Source: Pavona decussata
Taxonomy: Eukaryota
DNA length: 64,000 bases
Assembly (NCBI GenBank): GCA_977016875.1
Contig: CDRNST010000169.1
Coordinates: 1,612,001 to 1,676,000, forward strand
Direction of reading: 5' to 3'
In this document: piece by piece, positions 24,701 through 36,900 of the stretch
Numbering within the stretch: position 1 is the stretch's first letter
Layout of the letters: each line of letters begins with the position of its first letter
Position numbers and translations under genes: made by a program
Notes under the pieces: model-generated
The model's input: the letters and a program-made list of their open reading frames with translations, nothing else
What the model was told of the DNA's origin: nothing
Databases searched by the model: none

Positions 24701-27700
24701 TCAGTGATCAAAATGCGGGCATCGTGGACTCAAATCCCACCGAGACTGACTAAGCTAAGAGCACGAGAAGCTTTCGTTCGCTTCTCGCGCTCGCTTGGTT
24801 ATCATAACGAAACGACTACTACGCAGGCTAACCACGCACCAAGGTCATATATATATTTTTAACTTGCATGGGTCAAATTTCCTTACGAAGGGGAATTCTT
24901 AATAAGAAATTAATTGGTTTCTATTTACGCTGCAGAGTTCTCTGATTTTTCTGTTGTACGACCAGTAACTAAAGGTACGGCACATCTAGACAAACACCTT
25001 ACTTGAAGCGCCAAATTTTGCGTAACGCGAATAGGCTGCAAAATTCGAATGTTAGATGACAAAACATTCCTTACCCAAGTACCAGGCATTCCCTAGGGGA
25101 GGGAGGGTAGAATGGAGAGAAATGAGGTTTTCACCCCCTCCCCCCTCTACATTCGACCTCCCTCGAAAGGCCGAATATTCGGGCTAAAACAAGCCATGAT
25201 TGACACCAAATTAGTCATGATTTGTATACAGTGTCAACGCATACATGCAACCTTCAGTAAAAGCTAATGAAAAATCTGATTTTCCTACTTGAAAAAAGTA
25301 ATGCACCACTGGATCAGTAGTCACTCTTTCGATTCGATAAATTTATTTACCACGACATACATTCATAGAAAGTTAGAGTAAATAATGGCATAACAGACAT
25401 AACAAACAATACACATAGAGTACCTGGATTCCAAAGTGACTGCACAAATAGAAGTCAAACTCATATGGATGAGTGATTCCGCTGTCTACAGTGGTGCCTG
25501 GCGGCACATTGTTTGCTCTACCAGACGCGTCTCTGGGGTTTTCACAAAACAGCCTTGTGTGATGTCGCTTTTGTACCACGACAAACGTGATGCGCGGGCG
25601 ATACTCTTTCTCAAGCATCATACAGGCCTCCTGTACCGCTCGCACCTCATGAGCAAGCACTTGATCAAACTGCCCCTCGCTGACTCCATCTCGGTAAAAT
25701 ATGATTTTTGAAGCCTTAAGCTTCTTGTTGGCCTTGTAGAACTCCATGAGAAGCTCTTTGACAATCACGGCCAAATCATTAATGATCTCCTGTGCGCCGC
25801 CTCCTTTTTCATGCCTCTGCGCTCGAACGCGCGCTTGGTACTTAGAGGCATGTGCGTCCATACTGGCTACAACAGCAGCAATAGACGGAGTACCTGTCTC
25901 CGTAGAAGAAGGGTGGGTCACATCAGCGCCAAACACAATGGTAGGTTCTGTGAACACAGGGGACCTTACTGAGGGATCAATAATGTGATTGATTCCTCCC
26001 AGTTTGGAATTGATTTTCAGTGAGATGTTGGCGCACACTTGACGTTTGGCCTGTTGTACTTGTTTTTGCTGAACGCACTGCGTTGGAATCCCAACCACAT
26101 TATCACCAACACGTTTTACCTCTGAATATAGCTTCTTATCTTTCGGTGGCAGGACAACCATTATAAGCTGTAGGTATGGAAGATCTACCATCCAGTTGGA
26201 GAACAAACGTTCCACCTACCAGAAAAAAAACCAAAACAACAACAAAAGAAATTATGCTGAGATATTTTTAAAACCTCGATCTCCCTTATCACACCCAAAG
26301 TTTTTGACGGGTTTGAACTAAATTTACCATATTTTAACTTAAGCAATTGACAATCAACGAAAAAGAAATGTGACTTGTCCTGAGAGAGACATAAACCGCG
26401 GGATGGTTCCCTATCAGAATAAGAATATGAGCACTTCGATGCTACTTCAGTACATTTTTCAAGCAACCTTGGGCCAATATCCGTCGTGTAGTGTATATAC
26501 GGCGGTCTGAACACAAGATTGAAACAACTGTCCCTGTTAAAGGAAGTCCTATGGCCTCTTTGATCTTGTGTTTCGTAAACTCATTCTCAATAGTAATGAT
26601 CTTGGCAATTAATGGGCGGCACTGATTACAGTTGCAAATAGGGCTACTCAGAGCATTAACAACTAAGCTAAAATACTGTATCTCACATCTCTACTGCTCC
26701 TTGCATATCTGACCACTGCTGGCTGTGCAGTCATCTTCATTCCCTCTCCACCTGACACAGTGGACATTTGTCTACAAAAATTCCTCAGTGTTTCTTCATT
26801 GCACCGTTGGGGGGGCGCAAAACAAGCCAACGCCCATGTTTCAATCTGCGCACCCTGGTAAAGTGCCTGGTTGCGCATGTCCCATGAGCCATTACGGGGG
26901 ACTAGTGCTTGATCTTGCGGTCCAAGCTTGATTTTTGGTGCTGGTAGCACTCGACCATGAACAGGAACCATTTCAGGGTCCACAGATGTCTGGAATTCCT
27001 CCTTCAGATACTTTGAACTGGTTCTTATCATTTCATGTGCCTATAAATATAAGCTTAAGTGTAATCAAGTGTTTACTAATGCCTGCAAGCCATCTTGTTT
27101 TTTTATCATTCAGATATTACAGATGCTTTCAAATTCTCGGTGAACTTTAAAACGAAAATAGAAAAAAAAATTTAAATTATCCTATTGTAAGGGGTCCGCT
27201 TCTTTAAAAATGGAATTGACAACAAACTATGAAGCTTTCGCGGCTTCTCTCGCAGATGCTCCTTCACCAAAAGATGAGTGAGTCACACGTCTAATCTGCC
27301 TCATAATCTATTCGAATCACTTGACACAGGATGATTGAAGACCACTAGAAGATCGTTTAATAAAATTATCCTGTTCGAGAAATACGGCATGAAGCCAAAT
27401 GCGTTACTTAAGAGGTGGAGTGACACATCAATGTCCAGTTACACTGTAAATCAAAATTGCAAACACGTTCATCCGGTAACTCAGATAACCGAATCTGCAA
27501 TGAAGTTGTGCGCAACTATACAACAAATTCATGGTTCTTTGCATATGCATATCTCAGTTATTTGTGGGTCATGTCAAATGACCTAAATTTGAAATGAAGA
27601 AAGTTCCAGTTGATCTTAAAAGTATAAATTAGGCGAAAAAACACACCCAATACTGCGTGTCCATCTGCCGCTCAGTTGCAGGCCGTGCGGTAATTCTGAT

Positions 27701-30700
27701 CAAGTTTTCTATTTGTCTTTCAGATAAATGTCTTCTTTCGCAAGGAACAACAGTGCAGACTTCCATCGGCAGATAATATTCCTTTTTCTTGCCAGTTAGT
27801 AGACATGGCAGATGAGGATACCTGATAACAGTGGAAACAACATTTTAGTAAATCATTGCAGATTAGGTATAAAAAAATTCGCGTGTTTGCTTGAAATTTA
27901 CGTGGCTTAATTGTGACGCGACCACAAACCGGTTGTTCAATCAGTAGCCTTATGACACAGGGAGTGAGCCAATAGAAAGCTCGAAATCATTATTATAATA
28001 AAGTAAGAAACTTTATTATATGCATTGTTTTGTTATAGTTACAGATGTTAGCCCTCAGTGAGCACTCTGATTGTAAGGCTACTTTTTGCATGAGGCCAGT
28101 GTAGCCACGGCTATGACGTAACGTTCGGCAAGAGCTAAAAAAATTGTTGATAACGGTACAAGGTAAATTGAACTCGGTCATGTAATGAGCGGTTCTGTAT
28201 TCGGTTTGTCACGAGCATGGAGGCGTTTCGACCAGTGAAACCCATGAACTGCTAACACCAGTCATTTGTATTATTCTGAGTGAGTGAAAACTGCCCTCAC
28301 AAACTCTATAATCAACAAACAGACAAACAAAGGTAAACAAGGAATAGCACCGTAGTAATATTTCTTTACTGTTTCTGTTTCATTTCAATCAGTTTAACAA
28401 GCCCTAAAAAGGCTCATTTGATAACCGACACCACACAGAGGGTGGTAGACCTGTGTTCTAGGGACACTCGTGACGAGTCACAATAGGTCCTTTGCGCAGA
28501 AGGCGATGGATTCAATGGTTGTTGGCAACGTACAACTGCTGAATTCTCTGAACTCTCTCAAGACATTCTAACCACCATCTGAAAATATATAAATGTATTT
28601 ACCATTTCTTTGCCTTAAATGACCTACAACAAAAGGTGCGCATCCTGTCCTTCGCCAGGGATTCTTGCAAAATCTTCTGTATTTGAAATATTAGTATAGT
28701 TCTATTTTACTTCAATGCACGTACTTTAAAGTACGTGCATTTATTCCCAATGGGTTTGGTAGTGGTTGATTCTTGTGCCGCTGTCCATTGTGGACGCCTT
28801 GTATTGGACGAGAGATTTTTCAGTAGAAAGGCCATGTGACAGGTGTGCCTGCTTCGAGGCAAGGGAAGGGAAGTCCTCCCCAAACGGCATCAACTTGGCG
28901 ATGGGTAACAGTAGGTCTTCTAAACTGATGTTGGTTTTATCAGGGTGTCCAGTGGCGTGGTTGTTCAGAAAAAATAGGAAACTAGGAAACTCAGGATTGA
29001 AAAAATAGGAAAAATAGGAAACTTTGATTTAAAAAATAGGAAAAAATAGGAGAATCAATAGTACTTTGATGGACAAAGATAGCCTCCCTGCACCCCATCA
29101 GCTATCCCAATCCACCACTTTAGTCCATAACAATGATAAACATTAAAACGGCAAAGCGAGTATTTCGGTTTTAAAGTTATTCTTCTTTATATTGCTTATC
29201 GCGTTAACAATATAAACAAATCATTTTGTTTAAAATGATGTTACAAATAGTAAACACAACAAAATCCTCAGTGAACACCTTCTGCTATAAAACGACTGTT
29301 CATCCTTTAATTTGACTTTCTTTTCTTTGATGGTGGAGCAGAAACACCAGTTGGTAGTGCCTTGTCCAGCAATTTATGCTTCTGTGTGTTAACCACCTTT
29401 TGCTTTTCCCTCACTGCTTCACGCTTCCTCTTTGCCTGTGCCTGATTTGATTTTGCCTTTTCTATCACGAGACATGCAACTTTCGCACTTTGTGAATCAA
29501 CCTTTGAACCTGAAGATAGGGCAGTCTGTAACTTAGCTGTGCCTTCTGACAACAGCTCATCAGCTGTTTGCATTTCGTCCATTACTCCTTTACCTCCGGC
29601 TCCTTTCTGTCTAGGCTCTCTCCCTTTTCTTTCAACGATCTGGTCTCTTGCCTTAGCTTCTCTTGCTCTCTCTTCTTTCTTTCCACCTCTTCAGCTTTCA
29701 ATTTATCTTCAGCATCCCTTTTCTTTTTCTCAGCTTCCTCTTCATCAAGCCGCTTTCTATAATGTATATGTGCAGATCTCACCGCAGTTAAAAGGCCATC
29801 TGTCAGGGGAATTTTCTCTGGTCTGCAGTTCGCAGGATCGTGAAATTTGACAGCATCTTTCACGGTTCTAAGGCCAACAATGGTCCTTTCTCCAAGAAGT
29901 GTCCGTTCCTGTGTCACAATACGGGCATTCACTGAAAGACTTCTTTCTGACTCAGCATTCGATTGGCAAGAATCTCACCTCTGTATGCTTTTGGAAGTTG
30001 TGCATCTCCACACCCATTGCAGCTTGTAAAGTGTGATAGTCTTCTCGTCTTGCTGCACTATACTTGAAAAGGGAGTGGACGTCCACACACAGCTGTTCAA
30101 TGTCCTTCCCATATTCCTCTAAAGCCTTGCCGAAAGCATTATGAAAGTTATGAAGGACACAACTTCCTAAGTCAATAACACCTTTGAAATTTGGGTTGTC
30201 TTATTTGATTGCTCCTTCCAGCTTTCTAAAAATGGTTTTTTTGACATTGGGGTCATCTCTTATCTTGGGAGGTCATCTTTCACCATTGTTTGGAAGATAC
30301 GGTCAGCCACCTTCTCGCCCTCTGCATGACCAAAAAATAATGAAGTGTAGAAGTTTACCCAAACTTCGTTATGGGTCGGGGACCAGTAACGTAAGGTAAG
30401 ATCCATCTGCTTCTTCACCTGTGTGGTTGAGGTTTCGTCAAAGTGCACGCAAAATGGCAAATCTGACTTCTTCACATCATTTACAATTACCTGATGATAA
30501 ACAACAACAACGATAATAATTCACATGTACCAAACTAAAGGTTAAAAGTAATCTGAATTTTAAGAATAGAGGCTATGCAAAAGTTACCTCTGTTAAGTGA
30601 GGACCCAAGCCTTCCCCAATAACATAGGATGCACTGCTTCTGCCCATTGCGAAACTTGACGCAATCTTGCTGTCAGAAAACATAGCTTTGAAAGTATTTC

Positions 30701-33700
30701 CAAGATCATCAACTGATCGAAAGCTAAAATTACATGATGCCAGCTTTGCTAAACAAATTACCTCCGCTTGCAAGCTAGCATTTTTGTAATTGATAATGGA
30801 GAGCTGTCCTGACGAACTCCCACTGTGTTCTGGCAAGTCGCTGGGGTTTGAGACGTCTGCACTTGGTTGATTTTGTACAAACAACTTTCCTTGAGAGTCA
30901 TCCATAAAAAGTTTAACAGCCTGAACATGCTTTGCTTTCCTGGCATGTTGCAGTATCTGCGATTTTCCAGAGTTGTCACAAAGAAACTCACAATCACAAA
31001 ATCGACAGTAAGCATGGTAGTCATCAAGTCCTTTACGACACTATGAACCCAATTTTTGACCATTGCAATCAATGACAGAAAGCCACGCGTTGTTATTCTT
31101 TGTTCTACCGCCAGGCATTTTTAAAACACAGTAAATGATCATCTGAAAACGTATAGCACTTCCTGCCGTTGTAAAGAAGGAAACCAAGTACAAACCTACT
31201 ACTTAAAGTTTAACTAATACACTTAATACTAAATTATATAAAAAAATGGCTACAACTAAAAGGTTGAATGAAATAATGCTTGCAGGAGTGGCAAATGCAA
31301 ACATTTTGAGTCTTGCATCCTCAGTCATCTCTCTGCAGAAATGACAAAAGCATATGACATACATGTACAGAACATTAAGAGTCACTTACCATGTATGTAT
31401 GAACATCAACTTGATGACATCAGCATCTTCCAGTTTCAAGGGTGATGATAAAAGCGAGCAAGATTTCAAAATAACTACATTTATGGATAACGAAATGCTT
31501 ACTCGATGGGTTTATTCAGAATATCATCATTATGCTCAGTTGAACATAGCCAAGTGAACTACATTACTAGATAAATGTACAATGGGGGAGAAGAAAATTT
31601 TACAAATATATAGTAATGATATTTTACTACTTGCTTTATTCTGACTCTTCGTCTGAAACACATAACTATAATTTCATTTTCAATTTTGTAACACACATTG
31701 GCTTCACCAGCTAAAAAATACGAAAAATAGGAGGTTTCATTTAAAAGATAGGAGAAAATAGAAATGTGCTCAAAAAATAGGAAAAAATAGGAATTGGACA
31801 CCCTGTTTTATTTATGGCTGCTAGAACCTTCTTTTAAGGCTGACTACTGATAGCTAAAAGAGCCAAGAAGACAAAGGGTCTGCTCTAACGTTAACGTGAG
31901 ATTCCCCGGACGAACAGACTCATTTGATTACAGTGCGACAGGTAGGCAACAAAGAGGGCCAGAGGCATTAAGCAAAGCACGCTGAACTGACACTAATTCA
32001 TTAACACGTTCCTGGACTTGGTTTGATAATTAAAGATATGGTTGATGATTGTAGTGTCAAGCTAACGCGTCAGCAGGAACACTGCTGGCTTTTAAGATGT
32101 TCAAAATCTGGTCATAGGAAAGCCTCCTTCTGAAGTTGTTTTCTAAGAAGGAAGAAAATTCCTTGGAGATTTTCAAAGATGACCATCGTAAAAGGAATGA
32201 AGACTCCGTGTTCTCATTTGAGCCAGCATCATCGAGCGCATCTCACACTGTACAAGATGAGGGCTCATTTAGTAACCAGGATGCCTCGTAAAAATTGCCT
32301 TGATGGGAGGCTCAATAGCCTTGTTTTTTGGCTTAGTAGCCGTAATTGGGGCAATTGAGCGTGCTCCTCATACACAAATGTACTTGAGATATCCTCAGCA
32401 CCCATGACTGAGAGAAATGGCGTCACAATCGAGTGCGGTCTCCGCTGCAGAAGTTGATTTTTTTTGCTCATTATGTTCATAAAAGGCCTACACAGTCGCT
32501 GCAACGTGAGACTTCATTGTAAAGGCTTTGAATGGATTTAAGAATGGACTCAAAGTAGAAGCATTGCTTCTGAACCCGCCTTCGCTCGATGAAGGGCGAC
32601 TCTTTCGAGATGGGGCAACGAGAAGGCGAACGTGACTTTCGTCTGTGATGCGAAAGCATATAGAAGTTTAGTACTGGGACTCTTTAGTTGGTGCCACAAA
32701 ACTGTAAAAAAAAGATTCCAGCAAAGGCATTTACGCTACGGATAGGAAAGAAGGAAAATAACGGATTGAAAACAAGGGTAAAATATATTATATACGTACC
32801 TGCACAAGGATCAAAGCACAGCGGAAAAAGCTGCGGGAACCCTGGGAGCACAGGGTCCCGGGGTGTGATAGGATTACGCCATCCCCTTGTTTTCTTTGGG
32901 TGTGCCCCCACGGGGGAGTGGGGGGGGGGGGGGGCGTTAAAAGCGTGGATTGAAGCACAAATAGGCGGACAACACCTGTTTTACTCTCATCTTTCGACCA
33001 AAGTCTCCGAAATACAATCCAAATTCAGCCAAGATTAGGTGTGAATTCCAAACTACACGAACTACTAAATTCAAGGATGAAATCATGTACCTTAAAACAA
33101 GCTGGTATCTGCTCTTAAAATACTCTACTACAGTCGTCTTGATTGCAAGACCGCTTATCTCATCTTCAACCTCAAACTGCAGCTTCTTTGCGGAAATTGT
33201 GGACAATCCCCACACTGTGGACTTCCTCTTCAAAGATGGCACATGGCTTGTTTCTACTCGGATACCTTAAAATATAAGATGTAAACAAATTAACAATCAA
33301 TGACCACACTTTGGTCTGGAAGGGAGGGGGGGGGGGGGGGGGGAAGGTCAACTTTTACCAGTCACATCACAGGAAACCAAAGCATAATTTATTTGCTTAC
33401 ATGGGTTTGTAAGCTTAAAATTCTTAAGTGACAAATGAAAGCAAAGCACGAAACAAAAGTGATGAAACAACTGCGCTTTGTTATTTTCTGTCGCGCACTT
33501 TCCTCTTAAATTAGCAAATCAGTCAAGTGAGTCGAGTAAAATTATTGTTTGCTGTTACAGCATGCTGCAAAGCCTATTCCTCTCCTCTTACCCCTGCTCA
33601 ATGTTGGATATCGCTGAGAGTGCGTTCCTTCTCACATTTTGATAAAAAAGCGCCACAACATTGTTTAGTAGGAGAGGGAGGGAGACAAATATAACGACGG

Positions 33701-33911
33701 TGTTTTGCAACTAACAATGACTGAAACTAAAATTTTCTTCACACTATAACAACTTGTCTACAATTGATCATAGTCTGCTTTGTTATTAATTTCCAAGCAA
33801 CAGTGGTTACCACGGAAGTGATAGGGCATACACAGAGGAAACTACCCTACTCCTGCTGCGAGCAAATCCGCCCAAAATAACACAAAAATAAGAAGACGCC
33901 CTTGCAGACTA

Positions 33912-33951
<40 letters not shown>

Positions 33952-36900
33952 TAGTAAGTAAGTAAGTAAGTAAGTGAACTTTATTTAGACAGGGTGGCCC
34001 AATCAGCTACGGGGCTGTTATCCTGAGGGGCCCTGTATACACCTAAAATTATTATTATTATTATGGTATGAGAAAAAAATTACAATATATATGACTCAAA
34101 CACTTTGGGTTACAATATCATAGGATAGAAAAAATAAATAAAAACATTTGCACACTAAGAAAAAAATCTATGCAAAATCGTGTTTCATCATTAGTCGCTT
34201 GAAAGCCTCCAAGGACGCTGCCCGTTTGTATGTTTCAGGTAACGAATTAAATAAAATCGCTCCGGGTTTGGGTCTTAAAGGATGAATGTCTTCACGCCGA
34301 CGTGTATTGTAACTATGGAAACTGTGGTTTCTATTAAAATAATCAGAAAGATACTGGGGCACTAAATCATTAAGACATTAAGACATATAAAAGAAAGAAA
34401 ACCACACTCTTTAACCCTGTCAAGGAAAACTTGCTCGTATGGAACCGACCCTATTCACGTGCCAGAAATATTTTATTTCGACCAATGCAGTAAACCGGGA
34501 CCCTAAGTAAACAACTGTTAAATTTGTTTTTACATCACTGCATCATGTGCTTTGCATAGAGAAAGGCGCTCTTGGATAATTCCAGTGGACATGTACAACC
34601 ATAAAATTGACAGGGGGCAAGATAAATAACACTGTTGTTGAAAAAAGTGAAAATAGTGGCGGGTATTTATATTTTCGAATGAGGTTTATTCATAAGTACG
34701 TGGCCTGTGCACAAGTACTTGTGTCGTTTATAAAAGTGTTTCAAGCGCATTTATACTCGATACTTTTATTGCTGGCTACATAATAATATTAGTTATTAAT
34801 AATACCATGTATGGCCTTCTCAAATCTTTGCCTGTCAATTTGAAATCTGGGATCTTCAAGCTGACGTGTTGGCACCTCAAGGGTTTCACACAGGAAGTCA
34901 ATCACATCCTGGCTTTTATAAAATCCTTTCGCAGAGACTGGAATAAAACATGATATTAGAAATTAACGTTCTACTGTAACACAGTTTTATTCGCTCACAT
35001 AGTTAACTTTCTTCAAGACTCAAGAATCCTGGAACAGCTCTAAGTCATTTGAGTACACTTTTTTTTTTCATATAAGAACCTTTTTTAGTCTCTTTTATTA
35101 GAACGTTGAGGCTGAGATTAATACAAATTTAAAAACATACAAAGAACATTACCCAGGCTGAGGGTCAGTTAAGAACATTTTTATTTTGACCAAATGTTTT
35201 CAAAATGAACAGTTAAATACGGATAAAAATAGAACAGGTAAAACTTCAGTCTATACGCAAGCAACTTGACACCATATTACGGTACATATTTCTCTCTGAT
35301 AGGTGTCTTGGTCACGTCAAAACTTTCAACCTCAGCTCCAAAACTAGACGTTCTTATATATAAAAAAGAGTGTACTACTTTGTTGATAAACATGCAAGTC
35401 ATGACACAGGTGGCCCAAGCTCTACGATTTTTGTTGGCCTTTGTAACGTAAAAACCAGCGTTAAGTAATTTGAGCCTCTTGATGTCCATTTCGTAATAGC
35501 GAAAGTAAAGGGTTCGTATAGCAAAAAAAGTATCGTATGTGAAGGCAAAATAAGGAACATTTTTCAATGAAAATGTCTAACCTGAACTCCCATTGTAGTT
35601 ATTTTTGTGTCCTGCGTGGTTTTTGGGTCGATGCAATTAACTTTTATAAATTAATTAATTTTAACTTTTGCAAACAATACGCAAACAACAATTGCCGATC
35701 ATATTGGAGAAGAACTACCCACAAAGGCCTCACACTATGAAGGAGAGATAAGTGCACATATCAACGAAAACCGTTTAAAATGGGAGAAAACAACACTTTT
35801 AAGAAATAGCATGCAATTGCTGACCTCACTGGGTAAGAATTCCCGTGCCCAACACAAGCCGGACATAGAACAACCCCAAAAGTCTTCGAATACTAGGCGC
35901 TTTTAATTTCTGATAAATTCAGTGAAATTTATTCAAAGTTGCTAACTTTCCGATGAATGTTTGCGTTTATGATCACAAGACGGCAAAGTTTCCATTAATT
36001 GAAAAACACTAAATTTTGCATCTCTTTTAATATTTCTTACCATCAATGTTTACCAGCATAGCCTTCCATTCAGAGTGCCTGACGCCCTGGTAGAAACCAA
36101 ACTGTGCTTCACATCCCTCCCCTATGGGTCTCGCACTACGACTATCAAATGGGAAGAAGGATCGTCCAACAGGTGTGAATTGGTATGATGGTATCTGTCG
36201 CAAGACAATGTCAAGTCCCTGGACAGCATCTTGTGCTGCTTTTCCATTTTGTTGCCCCATCAAGAACTTTTTCAACTCGACGAGGCTAACTAACGCTGCA
36301 AACTGGATCTTGGCCTGCAGAAAATTTGACAGTGATGATATGAACAAGCTCGTGGCAACTCAGTAGCGATGCTAGCAATTTCGATTTGAGCGCGGCATTG
36401 GAGCGAGGACTGATTCAAAAAGGGTAATTGTGTTAGCCGGTTACGAGCTTTATTTTAGTGAAGAAGGCATTGTAGTACAATTATAGTAATTAAATGCATT
36501 TGTTTTTCGGGCTTGAGAGGAAGGGCATACGAATCAAAGCCGCTTCAATGTTGCATTTTTGCTGCAAGCTCTGCCGTCACTTGAGAGTTCGCTGTATCTT
36601 ATTCAAATTTTCCGAACCAGAGTGATTCAGAAGTCGTGTGTTTTATGCATTGCTCGAACCGGATCTTACAAGCATTTGGGAACTTATTCTCTGTGAAGTA
36701 GGTTTTTCTTTGCAACCTTTTTCTAATTCAGAGATCGACGGACTTAAAGAAGGTGTCAATTAATGACCTCTATCCACTAAAAACCACTGTCCACGTTTTT
36801 ATAACCTCCAAGTTGGATCACTGTAACTCTCTTTTATACAATGTTCCGAAATATGTTATTAAAAAGCTTCAGTCAGTACAGAATACCGCGGCTCGACTGA

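Noticed and set aside
31810-32660. Coding-like sequence flanking the hAT element (also ~28000-28930)
   Set aside because: Looks like an old decayed retroelement, but I found no diagnostic motif, so it is left uncalled.
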